A DNA stretch of 63,331 nt, counting the filler, from Choristocarpus tenellus KU-1152 (taxonomy: Eukaryota; Protista; Phaeophyceae), in the NCBI GenBank assembly GCA_964200185.2. It is 13 parts of 13 records of this genome, joined end to end, with 100 filler letters (N's around TTAATTAATTAA, not from the genome) between each part and the next. Parts side by side here need not be neighbours in the genome. Positions count along the whole stretch, not along the records: positions 20,289 to 25,367 come from CAXNAD020011943.1; positions 25,468 to 28,916 come from CAXNAD020019960.1; positions 29,017 to 35,825 come from CAXNAD020007299.1; positions 35,926 to 44,631 come from CAXNAD020004424.1; 9 more parts are not named here. One strand, written 5' to 3'. Numbering within the stretch: the first letter of the stretch is position 1; each line of letters starts with the position of its first letter. The notes beneath the pieces are model-generated. The model made no database searches and was not told where the DNA came from. It worked only from the letters and a program-made list of their open reading frames with translations. The position numbers and the translations under genes were made by a program. Below, one piece after another: positions 24,641 through 37,100 of this stretch.

Positions 24641-25095
24641 GTCCATGACCGTCAACTCTTTTAACATGGTCAGGCTGTGGACCGGCCTGGTACTACTATG
24701 TTTTGATAAAGCCGGTCCATGACAGCCAACTGTTTCAACATGGCTGGGCTGGCCTGGTACCACTATGTTTTTACAAAGCCGGTCCATGACCGCCAACTGT
24801 TCCAACATGGCTGGTCTGGACCGGTACCACCATGTTTTGCTGGTCCATGACCGCCAACTGTTCCAACATGGCTGGTCTGGACCGGTACCACCATGTTTTG
24901 ACAGAGTCAGTCCATGACTGCCAACTGTTCCAACATGGCTAGTCCGGACCAGTACCGCTATGTTTTGCTGGTCCATGACCACCAGCTGTTTCAACATGGT
25001 CGATCTGCAGCCTAACCTGGTACGAGTACACTGTAACATGGCTAGCCCATGGCTGTCAACTGATTAAACATGTCTGGGTCATGGACTGGTCTGCA
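24641..25095. repeat. Minisatellite, ~7 units of 61-75 bp
   Basis: Unit GTCCATGACCGCCAACTGTTCCAACATGGCTGGTCTGGACCGGTACCACCATGTTTTG starting near 24641, 24715, 24782, 24843, 24910, 24971, 25045. Confidence 0.9.
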
Positions 25096-26722
25096 ACCAT
25101 GGCGTGGACCCCAGTCATGCTAAGTGGGGTAAGGTGATCACTAGTCCTGGTATTTTGTAGCTTTGAAACTCCCCTCTTTACTCCTTGTCGATTACACTTT
25201 TTTTTTGGTAAGCAGTTGTTTTGATTTTAGTTTTTTTTGTATGTAAAGTTTCTTCTTTTACACAATGATGTATGTCAAGGTAATTACATACCGTGCATTG
25301 CAGAGCAAAAAAATGGTTTTGGTTTGAACGCTGAGAGAAAAAAAAATTGTCCCTTTTTGGGTTGGGGNNNNNNNNNNNNNNNNNNNNNNNNNNNNNNNNN
25401 NNNNNNNNNNNTTAATTAATTAANNNNNNNNNNNNNNNNNNNNNNNNNNNNNNNNNNNNNNNNNNNNGTAACTTACACATTTACCTACTCCGAAACATTT
25501 TGGAGTAGAAAAATATCATAAAAATATACATGAGAAGCCAAGCCCGAAATGGACAAACAGGGCAAAATTCGTACCCTCTAAGATACTTTCGCTCTGGCGA
25601 CGATCCGGGTTGTGATTATTGCTCAGCACGGTGCATGTAATAACATTGCCTCCATCCTGGGTTCGAAGTTTAGCCACGGCGGTTTCGTGGTCCACGTGTG
25701 TTTTTTCGCTGAGGTCCTTTACGTCATGAACGGCCTTCATGTTACCAAACGGCATGACCATGATACACGGCATACGGCTGACCTCTGCAACAGGAGGTTT
25801 AGCGGACAGCAATAGTTGAAGGGGTTAGGCGTTAGAGTACAATCCAGGATCCGTGGCAAACATTTCGTTATGATTACCTAAGGATTTCCTCTATTTTTTT
25901 CATGGATAATGGGATTCTCATGCACAAAAAAAAAGGCTGAGTCTCGAGTGTGACACGGACCCAAAATGGCGTGCTCATAGCATTCTGGTACATGTCCTAA
26001 ATTTTGTTAGGGTTAGGAGGGTATTCAAGCGCACTGTTGTGTAGTGGACGTTAATGCAAAGGTACAAAGTTATTGGACATCAATAATGGGACCCAAATAG
26101 ATCTGGAGGATGACTGGTCTGAAATGGTGAGGTTGTCTTAAATGGCAAATTTCTATGCTTGGGGTTAGGCACATGCGATATCGGCGTCACAGGTGAAAAG
26201 TGGAGAAGGTTGCGCAATACGAGATGATACAATATGAAAAGAAGCTGTTGGTGATGTCTTGTGGCGACGGATGCAAAACATCAAAGGACGAAGATATGTA
26301 TACATTTGTCTGGTTGAGAAGATACGGTACACACGTCAATGTAGTCTAGAGGAATCTGTGTGCGTAAACGTTTCCAGGGTTGGGAACTGAACAAGAGACG
26401 AGACGCTGTGTTTGAGGAGGGCAAAGGTTTGTGATGTAGATATATTTGTATGTTGTACAATGCTTTGGTAGCTTGCCTTTGTGTTCATCGCTGGCATTTA
26501 GTGTAACACCCTTGGAGTATTTCATGATGTCGTAGAATAGATCACCCTTTTCCACACCTTGCAACACTAGGTCCTTTATCACCTGACAATTTGGGGAACG
26601 TTTTGGGTCAGAGGGGTTGTCGAGTTTGTGAAGTGTAACGAATGGCGATGCAAACGACAGTCCAGAGTGTTGGAAATATCTTGTAGATAGTCTAGACTCT
26701 TGGCGCTTGCGAGTCCTGAAGA

Positions 26723-26903
26723 GGCTCAAAGTATCTGGGAGGGGGGTTTGGGTGTCCATTTGGGGCCAATTTTTTCATATCGTGATTTTTGGGTGATTTG
26801 GTTGCCATACGTCGGATGGATAATGCAAATGCACTTTTCCCGATTTTGGTCCAAATGGACACCCTCGTGTAGACACTCCCCACCCCCCCAGATACTTTGG
26901 GTC
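26723..26903 (+). mobile_element. MITE family B, complete (181 bp); partial copies at 28883-28916, 32483-32752, 35802-35825, 35945-36116, 51719-51767, 63199-63331
   Basis: TIR GGCTCAAAGTATCTGGG / CCCAGATACTTTGGGTC; TSD AAGA on both sides. Confidence 0.93.
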
Positions 26904-27351
26904 AAGAGGAATCAAGAGTTGTTGGTTGTTGTTCTCAGTATTTCTGTTATTGCGCTTGTAATGGTTGTTCTATTAGTGAGGATAGGATAAAGGTGAAGAC
27001 AACTGCGAAAAGAGAAATGAGGCACCGAAAAGAAAGGGAGGTTGTTGGATTGTCCATTGACAAAACCCGTTCTATATCTGACGTGGATTTCAAGTTGGCA
27101 TCGCCTATCCCTGGTGTATTTTTCTTCCCCTTCCCCCTTGTCCTCTTTGGTTCATTCTCTTTGGGGTCGGTCGTTTATTCCTTACACCTCTCAGAGTCTT
27201 CGAAAACTGTCATGGAGGAGTGAATGGAGAGTGGGTAAGTTCATGAAGTGTCGGTCAACGAGTGAATGATACTTTGTGTTGCGGGAGTGTCAGCCCAGTG
27301 CACACATTTTTACAGCAGCTGAGCAAAATCAATCTCAAGACTGGAAGTACC

Positions 27352-27608
27352 GAGCCAAAGCATCTTAGAGGGTAGAGCCTGTCCCATTTGGTGGCAAAAT
27401 CTAATGTTGCGATGTTGATGTAATTTTGGCTACGTGTTTGTTAGGAGGTGTCAATATCCTTGTTCCCGACACAGCTTTTCATAACATACACATTTTACCT
27501 ACTCCTAAATATTTTGGAGTAGGAAAATGTCATAAAAAACCCCAAGGGAAGCCAAGCCCCAAATGGACAGACAGGGAAAATCTCGCACCCTCTAAGATAC
27601 TTTCGCTC
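27352..27608 (-). mobile_element. MITE family A
   Basis: GAGCCAAAGCATCTTAGAGGGT ... ACCCTCTAAGATACTTTCGCTC; ACC flanks both ends. Confidence 0.9.
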
Positions 27609-28028
27609 ACCCATTCATCTGGAGAGGTCTCCATGCCGACCACGTACAAGAGCGATAGTGTGTCCAACGGTAGTCTTTTGTCTGCCTTGGTCGGAGAAGA
27701 CATGAGCGGCCACCTCTACAATGTCGCTCGAATTGTGGTCTTGAGGGGCCTCTTCTCTCAAGATGGAAAGTCCATCTCCAGCCAAGACATCTGTGCTCAT
27801 TCTTGCGAAATGTTCTACCCTAATGTCGTTAGTGAGCTATACAGAGAGAGGGACATATTACACGTTCCAATTCGGAACCGAGGAAAGTACGTGCAGTCAG
27901 GATTGCAAGAAAGTTGGTTAAGGATCTGCAGTCGGACAAATATATTGTGTGCAATGTATGACTGCTGCCCAGCACAACCACATAAACGCGCCCGCAAAAT
28001 TGCTACAGTGTTTGGGGGGTGAGTGGCC

Positions 28029-28564
28029 TGTTGAAATATTCCACACTGGACCCGCAGCTTCGTGCCTAGATAGAGGACAATGAATAGCTTAATGTAGATA
28101 TGCAATATTAATATTACAAGGAGGCTTGTGGTCTCAGTTCTGCTGACTGAATTGGTGGGGTGAGACAGGCGTAGACTATATAGTGTGAGGTTTGCAATCG
28201 TCAACACTAATTTACTATGAATCACTTATTTACTTGTCTTAAGTATAGCAAGCATATCTACAATATGACAAAAAAATCAATGGACACTAGTCAGTACATT
28301 TGATATATCTGTCATGTTCTAGATATGCTTGCTATACTTAAGACAAGTAAATAAGTGATTCATAGTAAATTAGTGTCGACGATTGCAAACCCCACACTAT
28401 AGAAATAATAATGGTAGCCTAGGCCTGTCTCACCCCACCAATTTAGTCAGCAGAACTGAGACCACAAGCCCTTGTAATAATAATATTGCATATCTTCATT
28501 AAGCTATTCATTGTCCTCTATCAAGGCACGAAGCTGCGGGTCCACTGTGGAATATTTCAAAACA
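28029..28564. repeat. Long near-perfect palindrome (fold-back), arms ~250 bp
   Basis: TTGAAATATTCCACA..GGACCCGCAGCTTCGTGCC at left is mirrored by GGCACGAAGCTGCGGGTCC..TGTGGAATATTTCAA at right; pairing continues to a centre near 28290. Confidence 0.95.
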
Positions 28565-31500
28565 TGCTACTTAGCAAACCGATTGTTCCTGGGGCGTTGT
28601 GTGGAGCCACAAGGCTGTTAGTGAGCAATTATTGTGTACGAGATGTCTGCCACCAACACGACCAAGATCACAACACTGGAAACATTCACAGGAAAGTTGG
28701 GCGAAGACTTACATGCTTTTGCGGTAAGGGCTCAGGTCACGCTGGGTGTCCATGACTGCGAGACTGCTCTACATGGCCCAGACATCATCTGTGGGGGGCC
28801 CATCTAGGCAATGGACGTCAAGTCATTGAGTTCGCTGAGTGACGAGAGAGACCATGTGACAAGAGCTTCAACTTCACCTGTTGGCTCAAAGTATCTGGGA
28901 GGGGGTGGCGGCTGTCNNNNNNNNNNNNNNNNNNNNNNNNNNNNNNNNNNNNNNNNNNNNTTAATTAATTAANNNNNNNNNNNNNNNNNNNNNNNNNNNN
29001 NNNNNNNNNNNNNNNNTGTAAACAATTGAGAAGTCAACCCTCTCAAAACTTAACACTTCATCCACACAAATGTGGGTGAATTGAAAAAAAAAAAATTCAA
29101 CTTGCGAAACTGCACCAAAAACTGAAAAGTATTTCAACTATTGTATAACTGGAAAGTATTAAACTATTGTATAACCTCTCGTTTCCTTTGGCTCAGTATG
29201 GGAAGTATTTAGTGCAGTGAGTAGTCTCTGACCACTGCTCGGGATAGACCCCAGTTCAAGTGAAGATGATTACGTAAATAATAATATTATTATTATTAAT
29301 AATAATAATAAGATTGATGCAACTTTATCCGCCAGCCACCCTTGAGGTTCCCATAGATTCGAGATCCTTTGCCTATCTCATGTACTTGTCTCTGATCCAT
29401 GTGTTGGAATAGCCCCTAGGTCAAAAGAGTGAAGAAGGTTTCCCTCCGACATTTTGAAGGTGTGTCGAGGGAACGTGTATTACCATTCCACCCTCACCTC
29501 CTTCCACCTCTCTCTCTCTGTACAAACCCGAACAGGTGCCTTACAACAACAGAATGCATCGTAATTTCTTTAAAAAAAAGAAGGAAGTTTAGAGATCACG
29601 CAGTTTGCCGTCATCCAATTTATAGCCAGCAACAACAACTGAAAGAGTCTATCCCACCTGCCAACTTCACAGGCACCCTTCGAGGGTGCCTACAATTACG
29701 TGCAGAAAGGTCTTGATGCCAGTCACTCCATTCCAACCACCCCCCCAAAAGGCGCTCCCTGAGTGATGATCAAAGTTTCGATCTGTCCTGCAATAATAAT
29801 GAGGCTGCGCTAAATCCTGTCCTGGTTGACTAGACAATAAAAAAAAAATTGTGGTTACATTTGACAAAAAAAAGTCTATCGAGACATTTGCCTCACAAAT
29901 GTTCTTACCATTAGTTGGGAGAACAAGATTAAACACACATATCAACAGTAGTGATACAGCTGTACTAATTTCTAAAATATATGAATCATACGATTTTCTT
30001 GTGACGTGGCAATGATAACCGACAACTCTGCTTTCCACAATTCGCTGCAAAACAAATTTACTAGTTCAGGGACCATTTGTCAAGTTGTTATTTGAAATAG
30101 GGTGTAATTTACAGATGGTACATCCATGGACTTAATTCAGAGAATCCCCAATTTCCGCCAACTACAAAGTTCATAGTGAACAGAACAATGTGCAGGCAAT
30201 AGCACATCATGATACTTGTTAGTAAGGGCGTAGGAAATTCCACCTATTTTACACTCTTGAACACTGATCTCACCCTGATTAGCTGCGTGAAACTTGCACA
30301 CCAAGTAATTCTTCCCCTCCACCCGTAAGTTTCAACTTTGTTCTTCCCCCTCTAGCCGACGGAACACCCTCTACAGACCAGATCTCATGGGATCATGCAA
30401 TTGAGATATAGACCACTGAAGCCTTCTTGTCACAAAACATTGACTGTTGGATGGCATTTTTGTACACAAATGTCAAGGCCTATCACCGTTCTGAATCAGT
30501 TTCGCAGAACCGAGCTCAGCTAGTTGAATGAAATATGAAACACACACATGTCTACCACTATCACCATGGAAGGAGTATTCGCCAACAAAGGAATCGAGAA
30601 ACCATCCAATTATTGCACTTACCAAGACGACAGACACCCTGCGCTGCAATGGTGTCTCCCCGGAATGATCATATCGTGCACAAAACATGTCAATTACTCA
30701 CAGGAAATGTGCTCTGTACCCCATCAGTACTGCAGAGACATCTCTAAAAATTCGTGTTTCGACGAGCCAATAGTGAAAACAGTCCACAACTGTCACTCAA
30801 TTTGCAAACATAGTGCAGTATAAATTAAAGAGCATAGAAGGTCCTCAACGTTCAGTGCCGCAGGGTACACCTCTTCTTGTCAAAGAAAAGGAGAATGACC
30901 AGTCAAATCATTCCAATCCAGCAGTATAAGCTACGCGATTTTGCTCACTGCTCCAGCCAGCTACAAAAAAATAACCGAGGTCTACACGTTTGCAGTACCA
31001 TGGGAGTTGGGAAGGAGACTAACACCTACATCATTTTCTACAAACAGGAACTCCTGCACCCACTAGAACCAATTACCCCTCTGTAAGGCAGTGTTCATCT
31101 TCAGAGTCCTGCCAAATAACATCACGGTACGGAAAATTCTACCCTCCCTCCCCTGCCCTCTATTATCACCCCTCTATTTTTCCGGCAGTCGATGAAATCC
31201 CACTGACCGCCTGGGTTGTGTAGCAAATCCTCTCAGAACTTACGACAACCCATCAACTACCAGTCCAACCATGTCCTGGACAACCCCCCCCCCGCCCCCC
31301 CCCTCAACTCCCCACCCAAAAGCTCCCCGACAACCCCCCCCCCCCCCAGATTTAACTCTTTGAACAACACACCGAAACCCCCCCCGTTGCCAGAAGTCTT
31401 TCACATCAGGCCTTACCTTAGACCTACATCAACCGCCACCTTTTTCGAACGCAATACACTGCAACACAACAAACCTTCCACTCTTCCACTCCTTCCCCCA

Positions 31501-31717
31501 ACACCAACTACTACCCAGCATTGCCATTTCAAATCTGCCTCAGAGCACCACCAACAAGGCCCCAGGAAATGACATCTCTTGACCTCACCAGCCTCAGCAG
31601 CTGCAAGGATCCTGGAGGGCACTTAGCGCGAGCGCATGCATGTGGATGAAGGTGCTTGTTCCCACGCAGCAGCACGCATTGTCATCATCATTCAGAGAAT
31701 TTCAAGACTCCACTCAT

Positions 31718-32495
31718 CTACGAAACCTTCTTCTTGCCTCCCTTTGACCCCACCGTCTCCTCTTCCATTGCCGCAAATATCATCGGCTCGCATCGAATGA
31801 ACTGCTCCACATACAGCTCCGACTGCTCCTCAGGGAACGTCCCACAGTGGCCCCTACCCCCTCTTTGAGCCTCGTCGAACACAGCGGCAGCCTGCAGCGA
31901 TGGTGGCAGTGAGTTGTCAAGGCGGCTTGGTGGTGGTAATGCTAGCATTAGTTTTCTGGTGATGGTTTGTAGCAGAATGAGAAGTCAACCCCTTTTCACC
32001 GAAGTCAAGCAGAGGAGGCTGCAAGGTAGTAGTGTCTTGGGGCTGCACCCTGCGTCAATTTTGAGTCAGCTGGCACTACACATAAAATCAAATCGCGAAG
32101 TGAAATTATAAAGTTCAAAATACACCCCAACACGAACGGCATCACTAACCCTAACCCTTGGGGGGAAAAATAAACGATAGTTGGGAGCTGCATTGTATAT
32201 TGGTCGGCATGCCGTGCAAAAGGGTCACCAGTTGTGTGTGTGTGTTTATGGAAGGAGTGAGCCTCCTAGAGTGGGTTCACTTGACAGTCAATACACATCA
32301 GTAGAGCATTCACAACTATAAATTTTCCTGAAATTAAAGCTAGGCACGTCTCACCCGATTTCAGTATGGATGGGGCGCTCCAGTAAGTCAACACATGGGC
32401 TCATTTACATTTCTGAGTCAAACTTCAGCTCTATGAGCACATTGCTTGAAGAGTGTTTATCGAATCAGGAATGGAGGTCAGTAGCTCAAAGTATC

Positions 32496-32526
<31 letters not shown>

Positions 32527-32625
32527 GTCCGTTTGGGGGGAATTTTTTTTTTTTGGGGTTTTTGGGGGATTTTTTTGGTGGTGNNNNNNNNNNCTCCACC
32601 CCTCGGGTGCGCTCGGGGAGTTAGT

Positions 32626-32674
<49 letters not shown>

Positions 32675-34262
32675 GGCGGCGGCTGTCCATTTGGGGTCAA
32701 TTTTTTCATGTTGTGATTTTTGGGTAATTTTGTTGCATGCGTTGGATGGATAGTTTAGAACGCGACACACAAGACAGACTTCAGTCACTGCAAATCTGCT
32801 ACCAGCTTTGGTTGATACTTCAGATGAAACCACTATCACTTGTTTTGTTAGATGAAGTGCGGAATTGTTCACAACAAGCTTATGCTGCAACAAAAGTGCT
32901 ATCCCACTCTCTACAAGATGTTCAGCCTAGATTACATGTAATCAAAGCAACCACAACTTTCCAGAGTTGGATTTGCAAACCACGAAATCGTCTGCAAGAT
33001 GCTTTGAGGTGGTAGAGGTGCTGGGGGAGGAGCAAGAATACCTTAGTGTTGTCCATTTCAGGGATGATATCCTGCAGGGCAAGCAAAACATGGTCACGCT
33101 CGTACTCCTCATCCCCCAGGAGGTGCACCTTGAACATTGGAGCGTCTTCAGTCTTTGGCTTCACCTTAACCCTTGACTTCACCTCCACCTTTGGGTTAGA
33201 TTTAGGATTCCGCTTAGATCAAAAACAGGTTACCGCGAAGGATAGAAGTACTAGGGAAGGTATGCACCCCTCACCTCAGTAACCTGCCCCGACAGAGAGC
33301 CTCTTGATCATTCGACCAGTAGTAACTCTAAAGACGAAGTCTTGACTTTCACAAAACAGTAGGAGCACAGAGACTTACATTTTTTACATGCTGCGTCAAC
33401 TCTGACTCACAGTAAACAACAAATACAGGACACCATAGACTTCGAGGCATTGCGTTATGTGGCAACAAAGCATACACATATCATCACGACGTAACAGCAA
33501 TCTGAAAGATTCACCTTCTTCTCCACCTTCGGCTTCGCTATTACTGGGGCTGTTTTGGTTTTGGTAGTGGTTGCCACCTTGGCCGGAGCAGCCATGCATG
33601 TCCAGGTTCTGGCCCGCGACCCTTGACCGGCAGACCTCCCAATGGGCATACATATTTGCGAGGGAGGCAAAGCAGAGCGCAGGTGACCACCCAGAGGTGG
33701 CTGCGCTAAGAAAGCGGAAGTGCCTGGTGGTACACGTGGAGAGGGAAACAGGCGTTACAAACCTAAACTCCACGGCGGTCTTATCAGATAATTTAATTGG
33801 ACGCGGTATCAAACGCATGAGGCAATAATTGTGTTGAGTGAGTTTGCTTTTACCACAGATCGTGACGTCGCTGAACAGGGTTTCACATGGTTTGAAAAGG
33901 TTGACCAAACGCCATATCTATCAACCCATCTCTACAATGCCAAAGTTAAGCTAGCACAACAATGGTTTGGGCACCTCATATCAACGTAATAGTAATTACA
34001 GCCTTGGGCATAGAGAGGAAACGACTATACGACATATCAACGGCTGAAGCCTTACGAAGTGTCAATAAAACCCATACATACATATTGGGTTGTGGCACCA
34101 AGTTGCTTGCTGGCAGAGGAAAAAAACAACTGAGCTGTGGACGCAGAAACAAAATACAAACTCAACCTGAGTGCATTCTTAGCCTCAGCTTTTCCCTTCA
34201 AATTACTCACCAGTAAGAACAGCTGCCATCACCAAGACAATGAGGTCCCGAGGGCTAATCAT
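31718..34262 (-). CDS. clpS: Plastid-targeted ClpS-like Clp protease adaptor, 4 exons: 34262-34211, 33723-33515, 33188-33042, 31891-31718; ~193 aa
   Basis: Exons splice in frame with GT-AG. MISPRDLIVLVMAAVLTG-TSA|FLAQ resembles a heterokont bipartite presequence. Core APMFKVHLLGDEEYERDHVLLALQDIIPEMDNTKAAAVFDEAQRGGRGHCGTFPEEQSELYVEQF follows the ClpS pattern. The exon 3 acceptor could alternatively be at 33212. Confidence 0.85.
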
Positions 34263-37100
34263 GGTGCTACAACGAACAGGCTTGGTTCCACCTAAACGTG
34301 CACAACGTGACTTTTCACACCGACTATGGCTTACTCCTAATTCCAGGAGTGTTCCCTATAGTGAGTTTTAAAGGTGGCAATCACTTGGTGTTCGGTGCCC
34401 ACTGGTTGATGTTGAGGGTCTGTTATGGTGTGATATATTGTAACAAGAGATAAAGAGGGTGAGTTGAATTCTTGATTGTTGTACTCTAATCGAAGAATAG
34501 TTATCAGAGGCATTTTTGATGCACACTCATCTTGTTGACGATATTACAACCTACAAAATATCTTCTATCATCGTATAATGTCCTCCCCACACCCAATACA
34601 CACATTTACATCAACACCAGACACCAGAAATCTGCATGTAAGTCAGGGTCATGAGGTAGCAATGGCTCAGTGGTCCTATACCAAATTCTAACAGCATCAA
34701 TGGTGTGAAAAGGGGTACATTAACCAGAAGTCAGATCCACCGGAGCAAGGAGTTGCTTCACCCAGTTCTTGGACATCACGCACGACCTGCCGGTCGTCTG
34801 AGGCACAGATACAAACACACTAACGTAAATAAATGGAGTGCTGATCACACTTCCCAGTTTGGTTCCTCCCAATGTGTAGACTAGACAGAATGTAAATCCC
34901 GCAGGCATCACTATCAATGTTTTCCACAAATAGAAGTCCTTACCCTCTTGCAACCACATAATACACCATGAATGCTACTACTCTTATATTGTCTATTTTG
35001 AGCGGCAGGAAGTAGGTTGCAAAAAAAAGAGTTTCGTTTTGACGATTTCCTGTCAATGCCACTTCCTGGCACCTGGAGAGAGGCCTTGCTGTACTGGGAA
35101 AAATGAGTAGTGCAGACAGAGGTGGCGCAAACAGTTCCAGACTTTTGTTTTAACAAACAATAATAGTTGCTGAAGCCAAATATTCCCAACTGGTACTTTC
35201 CTGCCCAGTGTGTGGCACTGGTTCAAGGAATGGCAAGTACTCCCAGACTATGCCTCCAAGAGCCATCCTGCGAAAGAAAGTGATCTTGCAGCTTTCCGTT
35301 GTGTGATTTAGGGCGTGAGATCCGTCAATCTTCACATTAGTCCGGGCAGTATCCCAACTCCCGTGGTCATAGTCACTACACACTGCATGCACTATTGATA
35401 ATTTTCACACAAACTACTGTAGTTCTTCTACTACGACTAATTCTACTTCATTATTCGTTCGTATCTTGGTTTTGATCGTTTGGTTCAGTGCTCTAACCAC
35501 TGGTCACTCCATCTCCCCCCTCGAATCTTGTGGACTCATCTTGATGAGATCGCCTCGATTTTGGTGCAATATTTTTTGTGGTATAGCAAGAAATAGGATA
35601 CCAGAGGTCTATTGTGAGAACCGCTACAAATTGGGTTTCAAACAGCAAGATCCAATGTAGGAAACATCTTCCATTTAACCGATCAATGAGCTACAGGTAT
35701 GACTAGTACACATCCTCCAACTACTTAACTACATGGGTTTGTTTGGGGAATCTATAACCGTTTGTTGAACCAGTGAACAAAAAACGTGGCACCGAGTCTC
35801 AGACTCAAAGTATCTGGGGGGGGAGNNNNNNNNNNNNNNNNNNNNNNNNNNNNNNNNNNNNNNNNNNNNTTAATTAATTAANNNNNNNNNNNNNNNNNNN
35901 NNNNNNNNNNNNNNNNNNNNNNNNNGTTGTGTAGGAGTGGGTGGTGTGGGGGGGGGGTGTGTGGGGTCTACATCAGGATATTCATTTGGACCCTGACCAG
36001 GAAAAGTGCACTTTCATTATCCATCCGACACATACAATCAAATCATCCCAAACTCGCAACACAAAAAAATTGACCCCAAATGGACAGCAACCACCAGCCC
36101 CCAGATACTTTGAGCCATTACACACATTGAAAGAAGTCAATACAGATATATCAATACACGCAGGTCACACAACAGAGCTCAAACTGCCCACCCACTATCA
36201 AATATACCACATATATCAAATCTCTATCAAATACAAGCTGATATACTTCGCACCTCGCTCACCCATACCCACAAATTCATGTAAAATCTTGCCCCCATTC
36301 CCTTCCCAAAGCGAGACGAGCGGGCTCCCCTTCTATCCCTGGCACAATGGTCATCTCTCTCATGTGCACTTGCTCTGGAGGAACTCCAAATCATGATACT
36401 CACTGCCGACACTCCTTTTGTTTTTGACTCCATACTGGATGCTCGCAGGAAAAGGCAGTACTCCTCTCAGGTTACCCCCCCTCCCTACTTAGCACCCCAC
36501 CTACTCCCCCATTTGTTGCACACCCACTTTTTCCTCTGATGATGAGAGCAAAAGTAAAACGAGAGGTACCCAGGTTTTGGTCATTTTGTATTTGAAGTCA
36601 ATCTTTTGCGATTCACTCAAACTTCTATGGATGAAGTTCTCAGTTTAACTTGAGAGCAAAAATTCTCCAGCACGATTCAGAAAATGTGCTATACGCATTT
36701 GAAAAAAAAGAAGGCCACTGCTGGACATATTTGTCAGCATCCTTAAAATGCAACTCTGGGTACCCCTCATTTACTTTGACTTTGAATCAAATTGTGTGTG
36801 TCATATCATACCAGCTGCCACACCATTCACCTTTGGTACTTGCTATCCGCTCTGTCAAATTGCCACTGCTCTTAATCTTTTTTATGATAGGCAACTCTTT
36901 ACAAGTGTACATATATTGGTAGGTTTAGAGTACTCTTTTCTATGTTTCTGTTACTTGTGTCGGGTCTGGCGTATGCATTGCTGTGCCACACCATCCATTG
37001 CAGGAAAGCTACTTCAATCTACTTGCTTCAACCCCCGCCTAAGAACTATGTGTCTTTTTATCTCATTTGCTTCCTTGCAATCCCAACTGGTATCGTTTAG

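Noticed and set aside
24128-25039. 303-aa ORF as a real gene
   Set aside because: It is a translation of the minisatellite; unit lengths 61 and 67 are not multiples of 3, so the peptide repeats drift between frames.
24641-25095. CRISPR-like array
   Set aside because: The whole unit repeats with no unique spacers; eukaryotic context; no cas genes.
27426-27608. ORFs beginning inside MITEs (also 18129, 26700, 35941, 40327, 40490, 63129)
   Set aside because: Translations of non-coding MITE sequence.
32370-32893. Poly-Gly / poly-Pro ORFs
   Set aside because: Poly-G tracts of family B MITEs around a 10-N gap; low-quality sequence.
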